This document shows, piece by piece, positions 32,017 to 40,504 of a stretch of DNA of 64,000 nt; positions within the stretch are counted from its first letter, which is position 1, and the number at the start of each line of letters is the position of its first letter. The notes below the pieces were generated by a model. The model searched no databases. It was not told where the DNA came from and was given only the letters and a program-made list of their open reading frames with translations. Source of the stretch: an uncultured Acidobacteriota bacterium (GTDB lineage: Bacteria; Acidobacteriota; Blastocatellia; RBC074); assembly GCA_963796275.1 (NCBI GenBank), contig CAWCKY010000006.1:2870899-2934898 (forward strand), given 5' to 3'. Made by a program: the position numbers and the translations under genes.

Positions 32017-32886
32017 ATGAAACCCTGGCTGATTGTGTTGATTGTAGTTATTGGGTTGCTCGCGGCTGGCGTGATCATTGGTAATCAGAAGCGGATGGCT
32101 GTCTCCTCTCCCACCGTCCCACTCGTCTCCGCGCAAAGCAGTAAGCAACTGATGGGAAGACGGACTCCGGTCATCGTAGAATTGTTCACGTCGGAGGGCT
32201 GTTCGAGTTGCCCGCCGGCGGATGAGGTGCTGGCCCGGCTGGAACGCACACAACCGGTGGAGGGCGCGGAGATCATCGCGCTCGGCGAGCACGTCGATTA
32301 CTGGAACTACATCGGTTGGTCCGATCCGTTCTCCTCTCCCATCTTCAGCGAACGGCAGGGTGCATATGCGGAAGCCTTCGGGCGGGACGGTGTCTATACT
32401 CCGCAGATGGTGGTGGATGGGAGCGCGGAGTTCGTCGGTAGCAATTGGAACAAAGCTGTGACCGCCATCGCTCAAGCGGCGCGCGCTCCGAAGGCCGACG
32501 TGCAAATCATGACGGCTCGGAAAAAAGAAGGCGCTGTCTCATTGCAGGTGCATGTCGGTAATCTTCCAGCGGTGACGGCGGGTGAAACGATTGATCTGTT
32601 TCAGGTGGTCACAGAAAGCGATCTGTCGTCGAATGTCTTGCGCGGTGAGAATGCCGGCCGCAGGCTCAATCACAGGACTGTGGTCAGACAGCTCAGCCTG
32701 ATCTATAGCGCAGAAGCGAAGCCGGGCGCTTCGTTTTCAGCGGAGTCAACCGTGGCATTGACGAAAGGCTGGAATACGGAAAACCTGCGCGCCGTGGCGT
32801 TCGCACAGGAACGCAAGAGCCGCCGGGTAATCGGCGCGGGAACGGTGAAGCTGGCGGACAGGTCGAGGCCCAATACCCACGACTGA
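32017..32886 (+). CDS. DUF1223 thioredoxin-like exported protein
   Basis: VELFTSEGCSSCPPAD, HVDYWNYIGWSDPFS, YTPQMVVDG, GENAGRRL; N-terminal membrane anchor. Confidence 0.9.
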   Translation: MKPWLIVLIVVIGLLAAGVIIGNQKRMAVSSPTVPLVSAQSSKQLMGRRTPVIVELFTSEGCSSCPPADEVLARLERTQPVEGAEIIALGEHVDYWNYIGWSDPFSSPIFSERQGAYAEAFGRDGVYTPQMVVDGSAEFVGSNWNKAVTAIAQAARAPKADVQIMTARKKEGAVSLQVHVGNLPAVTAGETIDLFQVVTESDLSSNVLRGENAGRRLNHRTVVRQLSLIYSAEAKPGASFSAESTVALTKGWNTENLRAVAFAQERKSRRVIGAGTVKLADRSRPNTHD

Positions 32887-32918
32887 GTTGAGGTTCGTGT
32901 GTTACCCAGTTTTTTTCG

Positions 32919-32946
32919 TTGACAATTTTCTACCCACCCTTATACT
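32919..32946 (+). promoter_or_regulatory. sigma70-type promoter upstream of the haloperoxidase
   Basis: TTGACA-N16-TATACT. Confidence 0.6.
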
Positions 32947-33358
32947 GCATTTGCATTTGGTGCATTGATCGGTATCTCACAACCTCAGCCCGAAGCTGAT
33001 CTATGGTTACACGCGAGATGCCGAATACCACGCAGGAATATTCAACAACCAGCGGATCATTGCTCAGTTATTGATCAAGTTGGTGTGAAATCAAAACTAT
33101 CATTTGTGCCCGCCACATAAATGATTCACTCAGATACAGCTACTCACTCTTTTTTCACCCCTTCTCCATGACAGTGTGGTTAATGAGGGATGGTGTGTGG
33201 CATTGACGTTATTGTGGAGTTAGTAGGTTATGGCTCCAGATAGTCGAGGTGCGTCGTGGGTAGCGTCTCGTATTTTGTTATCCGTAAACGCCGGCGAACA
33301 AGAGTTCGCAAAATGGTCAATATATTTTTTAACAAATCCTGAAGGAGAAAGTTACCTA

Positions 33359-34777
33359 ATGACAGACTCTATTCTTTTTTGGAACGAAGTTGCGCTCGAA
33401 GCCAATCGAGTAAGTCACACCAATGGAGCAATGGAACAGACCGGTCCGACGCTGAGTTCACGCGCCTTGGCGATCGTTCATTTAGCAATGTACGATACTT
33501 ATGCGGCCGTGAATCCGTCTGCAGGATTGCCGCCTTATCTGCCGGGACTACCATCTCCTCCCTCTGGTGCGTCGGTGCAAGCAGCAGTTGCGGGGGCGGC
33601 CCACACTACCTTATCGGCGTTGTTTTCGAGCCAAAGAGCTTTTTTTAATGCCAGGCTTTCGGAGGCCGGAGGGATACTTAATCCCGGCTACGAATTCGGA
33701 GTCAGTGTCGCTTTTGCGATTCTTCAAGATAGAGCGGAAGACCCGAACGCGAGTGACGCCGGGTTCTTGCCATCACTTGCGCGTGGCCGCCACCGCATCG
33801 ACCCCGACAATCCCGGCCAGGGGTTTCACGCGCCATTCTATGGAGCCCGATCGAAGGGATTTGCTATCACCGAACGTCACGAGCTTAAGCCGCCGCCGTT
33901 CGACAATCAGGAATACTTGACAGCGTTGAGAGAAGTGCGCGGCAGAGGCATTGCTCCAGAGTTGATGGGAACACTGCCGGACGGTTTCAATCGGCGAACG
34001 ATTGACCAGACATTAATCGGCATCGTCTGGGCATATGATGGGGCGATTGGAATTGGAACTCCGCCGCGTTTGTATAACCAGATCGTGCGTCTTGTCGCAA
34101 TCGCTCAAGGCAATACAGAAGCTGAAAATGCCCGCTTGTTCGCGCTCGTCAACACGGCGATGGGCGATGCCGGCATTTTGGCCTGGGATCAGAAATATCT
34201 TCACGATTTCTGGCGACCAGTTGTCGGCATTCGTGAGCATGACATGTCGCTTGGACTGGCTGGAGAAGCTGATAACGATATTTCAGACGACACGGACACA
34301 GGATGGTTGCCGTTAGGTTCGCCAGCTACCAATTCGACCAACAAGAATTTCACGCCGAATTTCCCAGCCTATCCGTCAGGACATGCGACCTTCGGAGCGG
34401 CTGCCTTTCATATCACGCGGCTATTTTATAAGGTGCCGCTTGAAGATAGAAAACCTGACAATCTGTTCAAGAACCTTGGCTTTGTCTCGGACGAATTCAA
34501 TGGCATCAACCAGGATAATCGAGGCACGATTCGACCGAGGCATCTTCGCAATTTCCCCGGCGGGCTATGGCAGATGATAGAGGAGAACGGGCGTAGCCGC
34601 GTCTATCTCGGCGTTCATTGGGTATTTGACGCTTTTGCCGTCGATAAGAAGGGCGAACCGGACTTTTCAAGAAATATCGGCGGAGTTCCGCTCGGTCTGA
34701 CAATAGCGGAAGACCTTTTCAAAAACGGGTTGAAAAGGTCGAAGGTAGGCCCGCGACCAAGCAATAACAACAAATAA
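33359..34777 (+). CDS. vanadium-dependent haloperoxidase (chloroperoxidase-like)
   Basis: Vanadate site K-x6-RP (QKYLHDFWRP), FPAYPSGH, SRVYLGVHWVFD; N-terminal ILFWNEVALEANR; RBS GAAGGAG. Confidence 0.9.
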   Translation: MTDSILFWNEVALEANRVSHTNGAMEQTGPTLSSRALAIVHLAMYDTYAAVNPSAGLPPYLPGLPSPPSGASVQAAVAGAAHTTLSALFSSQRAFFNARLSEAGGILNPGYEFGVSVAFAILQDRAEDPNASDAGFLPSLARGRHRIDPDNPGQGFHAPFYGARSKGFAITERHELKPPPFDNQEYLTALREVRGRGIAPELMGTLPDGFNRRTIDQTLIGIVWAYDGAIGIGTPPRLYNQIVRLVAIAQGNTEAENARLFALVNTAMGDAGILAWDQKYLHDFWRPVVGIREHDMSLGLAGEADNDISDDTDTGWLPLGSPATNSTNKNFTPNFPAYPSGHATFGAAAFHITRLFYKVPLEDRKPDNLFKNLGFVSDEFNGINQDNRGTIRPRHLRNFPGGLWQMIEENGRSRVYLGVHWVFDAFAVDKKGEPDFSRNIGGVPLGLTIAEDLFKNGLKRSKVGPRPSNNNK

Positions 34778-34836
34778 AACCCAGCCACTACAGCGTTCCA
34801 TATGAATGAACAGGCTGTATGAAACCGGAGGCTGTC

Positions 34837-34876
34837 GCCACCGTAGCGCAAACTGTCTGGTTTGCGCTACGGTGGC
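34837..34876. repeat. 17-bp perfect inverted repeat (GTAG REP-like; possible bidirectional terminator)
   Basis: GCCACCGTAGCGCAAAC-N6-GTTTGCGCTACGGTGGC between convergent genes. Confidence 0.75.
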
Positions 34877-34915
34877 CGATCGACATCGGAAAATCGTCAC
34901 GCGCATCCATCAGGA

Positions 34916-35566
34916 TCATTTCTTGGCATACGCTTTGGCGGCGGCCAGGAGAATCTCCGGATACAGGCGCACTTTGTAATCGGGATTGACGTATTGAAAA
35001 AGAATCATCCCATTCTTCCCGATAATAAAGACGGCCGGCACCGGCAAGAGATGGTGCTTGGCTCCGGAATGTTCTTCCAGATCAAGCTTGAATTTATTCT
35101 TATAGGTGTCGAAAGTTTGATCATCGACACGAAAAGCGATGCCGAATCCCTTAATCCCGGTTGCCTCGCTGTCGGAGACTAACGTATATGTGAGACTTTG
35201 TTTTTCAATGGAGGCTGAGAGCTTCTCCGGTTTGTCAGGGCTGACGGCAACGATCTGATAGCCTAATTCGGTGAGTTGTGATTCGATTTTTCGCAGTTGT
35301 CCCAACTGCGTGTTGCAATAAGGTCACCATCCGCCGCGATAGAAGATGAGAATTACAGGTTTATCCGCTGCCGCCTTTCGCAGATCAAAATTGCTGCCGT
35401 CAGGCTTTTTGAAACTGACATCGGGGGCTTGTGCGCCCACCAACAAAGGATGCACCTTTTCGGCCGAGTCAGGGACCGACTGAGCATAACCCTCCACTGC
35501 GCCTGCAATCAGCAGTAATCCGCAACAGAGCGATATCATCTCTTTCCTTAATAAGCTAATACGCAT
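34916..35566 (-). CDS. AhpC/TSA peroxiredoxin-like selenoprotein (UxxC), exported
   Basis: Two in-frame ORFs join across one TGA (35326-35324) to give FYRGGW-U-PYCN; C-terminal LPVPAVFII...VNPDYKVR; signal peptide. Confidence 0.85.
35292..35310 (-). promoter_or_regulatory. bacterial SECIS-like hairpin
   Basis: mRNA CGCAGUUG-GGA-CAACUGCG, an 8-bp stem starting after a 13-nt spacer from the UGA, with a G-led loop. Confidence 0.7.
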
Positions 35567-35826
35567 CTTATTCGTTCCTCCAGTATCGGATATGTGTAAG
35601 TGTTACGATTGTTTCTTCATTCAATGTATATACGCTACACATGTTTTTATTCCAATTCCCAGGCCGAGCATGAAAAACCACAGCGCGGGCGCTGGAGGTC
35701 TAATGGCTGAATGAGTCGCGCTTCACGAGCGGGCGATACGCGGGTCGATCCGAAGCCAGTCAGCGTGACGGCGCTTTTCCGAAGACATGGGGTTCCGACT
35801 CCATAATCCATCGCCTAACTGCATTC

Positions 35827-35857
35827 TTGACAATAGACCGACCGTCGGTCTATTGTC
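35827..35857 (+). promoter_or_regulatory. TetR operator palindrome overlapping a sigma70 promoter
   Basis: GACAATAGACCGAC-C-GTCGGTCTATTGTC (14-bp perfect arms) overlaps TTGACA (35827) and TATTGT (35851). Confidence 0.8.
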
Positions 35858-35864
35858 TCCTCCT

Positions 35865-36602
35865 ATGGTTAGAATCGTTAAGAAAGCTGACGAGCGCCGA
35901 ACAGAGATTCTGGAGGCGGCACAGCGGTTATTTATGAGCCGCGGCTATGACGCGACCACGGTGAACGATCTGATCAGTGCCGTTGGGATATCAAAGGGCG
36001 CTTTCTATCATCATTTTTCTTCAAAGGATGATGTCCTCCGCGCGCTTGTCTGGAACATGGCCGAACAGGGTCTTGCGGCTCTCTCGCCCATTTTTGAGCG
36101 AGAAGATATCACGCCGCTTGAGAAACTGAAGTCATTCTTCAACAGTGGTCAACAGTACAAAAAAGAGAATGCCCCTGCACTCCGTTCGATTATCGAGGTG
36201 CTCTTTCGTGAGGAGAATCTGCGTCTTCGCCTGCAGGCGGCCGAACAAATGACCGAGATCATCGTGCCTCATCTCGGGAGGGTTCTTGAGGAGGGGGCGA
36301 AGACTGGCCAATTCGATATTGATGATCCAGTCGAGACGGCGCGGCTCGTCCTCAACCTTGGCGCGCTCCTGCACGAGGCATTTGCCGTAGCCTTGAAGCT
36401 CGCAAAGTCAGGCAACCCGGACGCCACCTTGCTCCTCAGGAAACGCACTGACATTTGCGAGCGAGCCATCGAGCGTCTCCTGGGCATTCCTGAGGGGAGC
36501 CTCTCGATCGTCGATCCTGAGTTGATAGAGCTGTTTCTTGTGCCGATATCGGCGCCGGGCGAGAGTGTGAGTCGAGGCGGCATCGGAGAAGGGAAGAAGT
36601 AG
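35865..36602 (+). CDS. TetR/AcrR family transcriptional regulator
   Basis: ERRTEILEAAQRLF...GYDATTVNDL...ISKGAFYHHFSSKDD. Confidence 0.92.
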   Translation: MVRIVKKADERRTEILEAAQRLFMSRGYDATTVNDLISAVGISKGAFYHHFSSKDDVLRALVWNMAEQGLAALSPIFEREDITPLEKLKSFFNSGQQYKKENAPALRSIIEVLFREENLRLRLQAAEQMTEIIVPHLGRVLEEGAKTGQFDIDDPVETARLVLNLGALLHEAFAVALKLAKSGNPDATLLLRKRTDICERAIERLLGIPEGSLSIVDPELIELFLVPISAPGESVSRGGIGEGKK

Positions 36603-36606
36603 TTAT

Positions 36607-37431
36607 ATGGAAAACTCGTATTCAAGCATCCAGGCCAGGCCGCGGGGAGGGGAGAGATCGCAAGCCGTTTCCCCAGTTACCCAGCTTGGGGCGGCGATTC
36701 GCATTGAGGGGCTCACCAAGCGATTCAAGGACGTCACCGCGGTCGACCGCGTTACCTTCAGCGTTAGCGAGGGCGAGATCTTCGGCTTCATGGGACACAA
36801 CGGTGCAGGTAAAACCACCACGATCAAAATGCTCCTGGGCCTCATCACACCGAGCGCCGGATCGGCCTCCGTTCTCGGACACGACATCCAGCGCGAAAGC
36901 ATCGAGGTTCGGCGTCTCTCGGGTTATCTGCCGGGGAGCTACGCGCTGCCGAAGGAGATGACGGCGGCCGCGTTCCTCGCCTACATCGCCTCGATGTTCG
37001 GCATCCCGAGGAAAGCGGCGAAGGCCAGGATCAACGAGCTACTCGATCTGTTCGATCTTTCTGCAGTCGCTCATAAGAAGCTCGGCGGCTATTCGTCGGG
37101 CATGACCCAGAAGATCGGCCTCGCGCAGGCTCTTATCAACGAGCCGAGAGTCTTATTCCTTGACGAGCCGACGGCCGGACTCGATCCACTCGGCCGCCAT
37201 GAGTTTCTGCAGCATATCAAGCATCTAGCCAGAGACAGGGGCGTGACCGTGATGTTCTCGACGCACATCTTGAGTGACATCGAGGCGGTCTGTGAAAGCG
37301 TGGCCATTCTGCACCGTGGGAGGCTCGTGGCCGAGGGCCAGCTTGATGATCTCAAGCGAGCTCATGGAGAGACCAATATGGATGAACTCTACCTGAAACT
37401 CGCGCGACAGATGGAGGGGCATTATGAGTAG
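36607..37431 (+). CDS. ABC-2 type exporter ATP-binding protein
   Basis: GHNGAGKTT, YSSGM, FLDEPTAGLD, STH. Confidence 0.92.
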   Translation: MENSYSSIQARPRGGERSQAVSPVTQLGAAIRIEGLTKRFKDVTAVDRVTFSVSEGEIFGFMGHNGAGKTTTIKMLLGLITPSAGSASVLGHDIQRESIEVRRLSGYLPGSYALPKEMTAAAFLAYIASMFGIPRKAAKARINELLDLFDLSAVAHKKLGGYSSGMTQKIGLAQALINEPRVLFLDEPTAGLDPLGRHEFLQHIKHLARDRGVTVMFSTHILSDIEAVCESVAILHRGRLVAEGQLDDLKRAHGETNMDELYLKLARQMEGHYE

Positions 37432-38251
37432 TGCTGTGAGCAGCATCGCAGCAAAATCAGCCCGAGCTGAACCCGCCGTGGGGTTCTTTCGCGAGGAGTT
37501 CTTCAGAGTCTTGAAGAGCCGTCAGGCCGCGCTCGTCATCGCGGCGGTGATCTACTCGATGGTTGCGCTGCCATTCTTACTCGCCAAGCCCCACGAGGAG
37601 ATTCTGATCGCCCTCAGGAGCTGGTTCGGCGAGTCTCGCCTCGATCTCAGGTTCTTCCTCTTCGTATGGTTCGATCTCGTTATGAACAAGATCTCCGTTC
37701 TGATCGGCGCTGTGCTCGCGGCAGGTATCATCACCGACGAGCGGAGCAAGAATATGCTCGACATCTTTCTGTCGAAGCCTGTCTCGCCGCGGCGATACTT
37801 CCTGGTGAAATTGATGGCCGCAGCCGCAGTAGTCATTGTGATTTATCTGGCAGCGGTGCTCGCCGGCGCCATCCGCTTCTCGTATGCAGTGAAAGGCTTC
37901 GAAGTTGGGATATTTCTTCTCCTCGCGTCGGTCCATATGCTGGTTGCTGTGTACTCAGTCGTCTTTGCCGGGACAATGGCGGTCTTTTTCCGTCACAAGC
38001 TCACCGCAATGCTCACCACGGTCATGATGCTCTCCATCTTCGTGGGCTGCGCTTTCCTGGGCTTCTATGATCCAAGGTTTAGAATACCGAGCCTGCTGAA
38101 CCCCTTCTACCACGCCGTCGCCCTGATCGGCTCGATCGATACCTTCGGGCTGGCCGATGTAATGAAACCCGTGCTCTGGCTCATAGGGTTCAACGTCGTG
38201 ACGGCTATGGTCGGAGCTCGACGCGCCTCCGGCATCAGCCAGAAGGATTGA
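37424..38251 (+). CDS. ABC-2 type exporter permease
   Basis: 6 TM; ITDERSKNMLDIFLSKPVSP motif. Confidence 0.8.
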   Translation: MSSAVSSIAAKSARAEPAVGFFREEFFRVLKSRQAALVIAAVIYSMVALPFLLAKPHEEILIALRSWFGESRLDLRFFLFVWFDLVMNKISVLIGAVLAAGIITDERSKNMLDIFLSKPVSPRRYFLVKLMAAAAVVIVIYLAAVLAGAIRFSYAVKGFEVGIFLLLASVHMLVAVYSVVFAGTMAVFFRHKLTAMLTTVMMLSIFVGCAFLGFYDPRFRIPSLLNPFYHAVALIGSIDTFGLADVMKPVLWLIGFNVVTAMVGARRASGISQKD

Positions 38252-39030
38252 ATATGCTATCGGACTACTCTAAGCACGAAGTTCGCGCTGCGTTTCGCCC
38301 TTACCACCCCGTCGTTTTGGCAAGTTATATGGCCGGTTCGGTGGGGTTGTCATTTCTGTTTCCGAGCATGCCTGAGGCCATCTACAGATTCTTCAAGAAG
38401 GTTTTCGCGATGAATAACTGGACGGAGATCATCCTTATCAATGATTTCACGGGGATATTCTTCATACTTTTCTGGGTCGGAGTCATCGACCTGCTTCGCG
38501 TATATGTGCTGCCCAAAGAGGAGGGCTACCTCGAACTTCTATTCTCCAAACCTCTCAGCAGGGCGCAGTACCTGTTTGCCAATGTATTACCAGTCTTCGG
38601 GATAATTGCCGGGATGGGCATCGTTCTGTCGCTCTTCTTGCCTCTGAAGATCGCCCTCATCAACGGTACCGCGGATCTTCACCTGGCGGGGGCCGTGTGT
38701 GCGGGGATTGTGACGACCGCCCTGGTGCTATCGCTCCTGGCGCTGCTCAACCTGGTGTTTCTCTTTGCTAGAGAGACCTACTACGCTGTACTCCTGGCTT
38801 TCGTGGTGTTCACGCTCATGGTCCTTCCGGGCTCTATCTTCATGTATCGGCCCGACGTATTCCAGGATCATGCGGTGCTGCGCGGTCTCATAATCTTTCC
38901 CGGGAATCTCTTGTGGTTCAGCGAATCATTGCCGATGATCACACCGATCATTCTGATCGTCGCCGTTGCCACCAGCGCTTTGTTGCTTGCTGGAAGCAGT
39001 TGGCGTCTCAAGAGATTGGACATCGTGTGA
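38248..39030 (+). CDS. ABC-2 type exporter permease (second subunit)
   Basis: 6 TM; KEEGYLELLFSKPLSR motif; overlaps the previous stop. Confidence 0.75.
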   Translation: MNMLSDYSKHEVRAAFRPYHPVVLASYMAGSVGLSFLFPSMPEAIYRFFKKVFAMNNWTEIILINDFTGIFFILFWVGVIDLLRVYVLPKEEGYLELLFSKPLSRAQYLFANVLPVFGIIAGMGIVLSLFLPLKIALINGTADLHLAGAVCAGIVTTALVLSLLALLNLVFLFARETYYAVLLAFVVFTLMVLPGSIFMYRPDVFQDHAVLRGLIIFPGNLLWFSESLPMITPIILIVAVATSALLLAGSSWRLKRLDIV

Positions 39031-39139
39031 ACTGTGCCGGTGGGCTGGCTTTGTTCACAGAATTTTCTTGAAATCATTCCGGCCTACTTCGAGAAGGCCT
39101 CGGGAAAAGGCACTCGGTGTTACTTCACCGTCCCACGAT

Positions 39140-40504
39140 ATGAAACGAGTTTTAGTCATTTTTCTCTTCTCCTATAGCGTGATGCTGTTTATGGCACACA
39201 CAATTCAGGCTGAGGCTGGAGCAGAAAGTGGAGATGCAGAGGGCGCCGGGCATGGACTGGATCCCACGGTGCTGGTCGGCATTGCAGTAATCCTGATCGT
39301 CGCCAAGCTTAGCGGGGAACTATTTGAAAGGTTCCGGCAACCCGCCGTGCTGGGCGAACTCCTTGGCGGCATCATCCTCGGCAACCTGGCGCTCTTCGGC
39401 TTCACTGCCGCTGAACCGTTAAAGAATCACGAGGTGATCGGCGCGTTGGCTGAGATCGGGGTGATTATTCTGCTGTTTGAAGTCGGATTGGAGTCGAATC
39501 TCGGCGAGATGATGGAAGTCGGCTGGTCATCGCTGCTGGTCGCCGCAGCAGGTGTGATTGCGCCTTTTTTACTGGGGTGGGGCGTAGCTGCTTATTATCT
39601 GGCCGGTGAGTCTCAACTCGGGCATATTTTTATCGGTGCGACCCTCTGCGCGACGAGCGTCGGCATCACGGCGCGTGTTCTGAAGGATATGGGTCAGTTG
39701 CAGACGCGTGAATCCCGCATCATCCTTGGTGCTGCTGTTATTGATGATGTCATGGGGCTGTTGATTCTAGCCGTGGTGGCGGGCGCAATCAAAGCAGCAG
39801 CCTTAGGAGCAACTCTTTCATTTCTCAGTATTACGATCATTGCGGCCAAGGCCCTGGTCTTTCTAGCTGGCGCTATCGCCGTCGGCCACTACATCGTGCC
39901 ACACGTCTTTCACCACGCCGGCCGTTTGGTGAGTCGTGGCGTATTGCTCGCCCTGGCAATTGCTTTCTGTTTTCTTCTCGCGTGGCTAGCCTCGCTGGTC
40001 GGACTTGCACCGATTGTCGGCGCATTCGCTGCGGGACTGGTGCTGGATGAAGCACATTTTGAATCATTCCGTGATCACGGAGAGCAGCGGCTGGATGAAC
40101 TGCTCAAACCGGTCAGTACGCTGTTGGTTCCCATCTTTTTCGTACTCATGGGTCTCAAGGTTGATCTCCGCGCCTTCGCCAACCCAGAGTTGCTGGGATT
40201 CGCTGCCGTACTGACGTTGGCGGCAGTGATCGGCAAACAGGTCTGTTCGCTCGCAGTGTTGGAGCGCCAGATCAATCGCCTTGCCATCGGATTGGGCATG
40301 ATCCCGCGCGGCGAAGTGGGATTGATCTTCGCCGGCATCGGAGCGACGCTTACGCTGCCGAATGCACAAGGCGTCAGCGAGCCGGTCATTGGTGCGGCGA
40401 CTTTCGGTGCAGTCGTCATCATGGTCATTATTACCACGCTCGTTACGCCTCCTGCGCTCAAGTGGGCGCTTCAGCGCTCAAAATCGGTTACGAGAGTGCC
40501 GTAG
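39140..40504 (+). CDS. Na+/H+ antiporter, NapA-like (CPA2)
   Basis: QPAVLGEL, LLFEVGLE, ATSVGITARVL, AAVIDDVMGL, GMIPRGEVGLIF. Confidence 0.9.
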   Translation: MKRVLVIFLFSYSVMLFMAHTIQAEAGAESGDAEGAGHGLDPTVLVGIAVILIVAKLSGELFERFRQPAVLGELLGGIILGNLALFGFTAAEPLKNHEVIGALAEIGVIILLFEVGLESNLGEMMEVGWSSLLVAAAGVIAPFLLGWGVAAYYLAGESQLGHIFIGATLCATSVGITARVLKDMGQLQTRESRIILGAAVIDDVMGLLILAVVAGAIKAAALGATLSFLSITIIAAKALVFLAGAIAVGHYIVPHVFHHAGRLVSRGVLLALAIAFCFLLAWLASLVGLAPIVGAFAAGLVLDEAHFESFRDHGEQRLDELLKPVSTLLVPIFFVLMGLKVDLRAFANPELLGFAAVLTLAAVIGKQVCSLAVLERQINRLAIGLGMIPRGEVGLIFAGIGATLTLPNAQGVSEPVIGAATFGAVVIMVIITTLVTPPALKWALQRSKSVTRVP

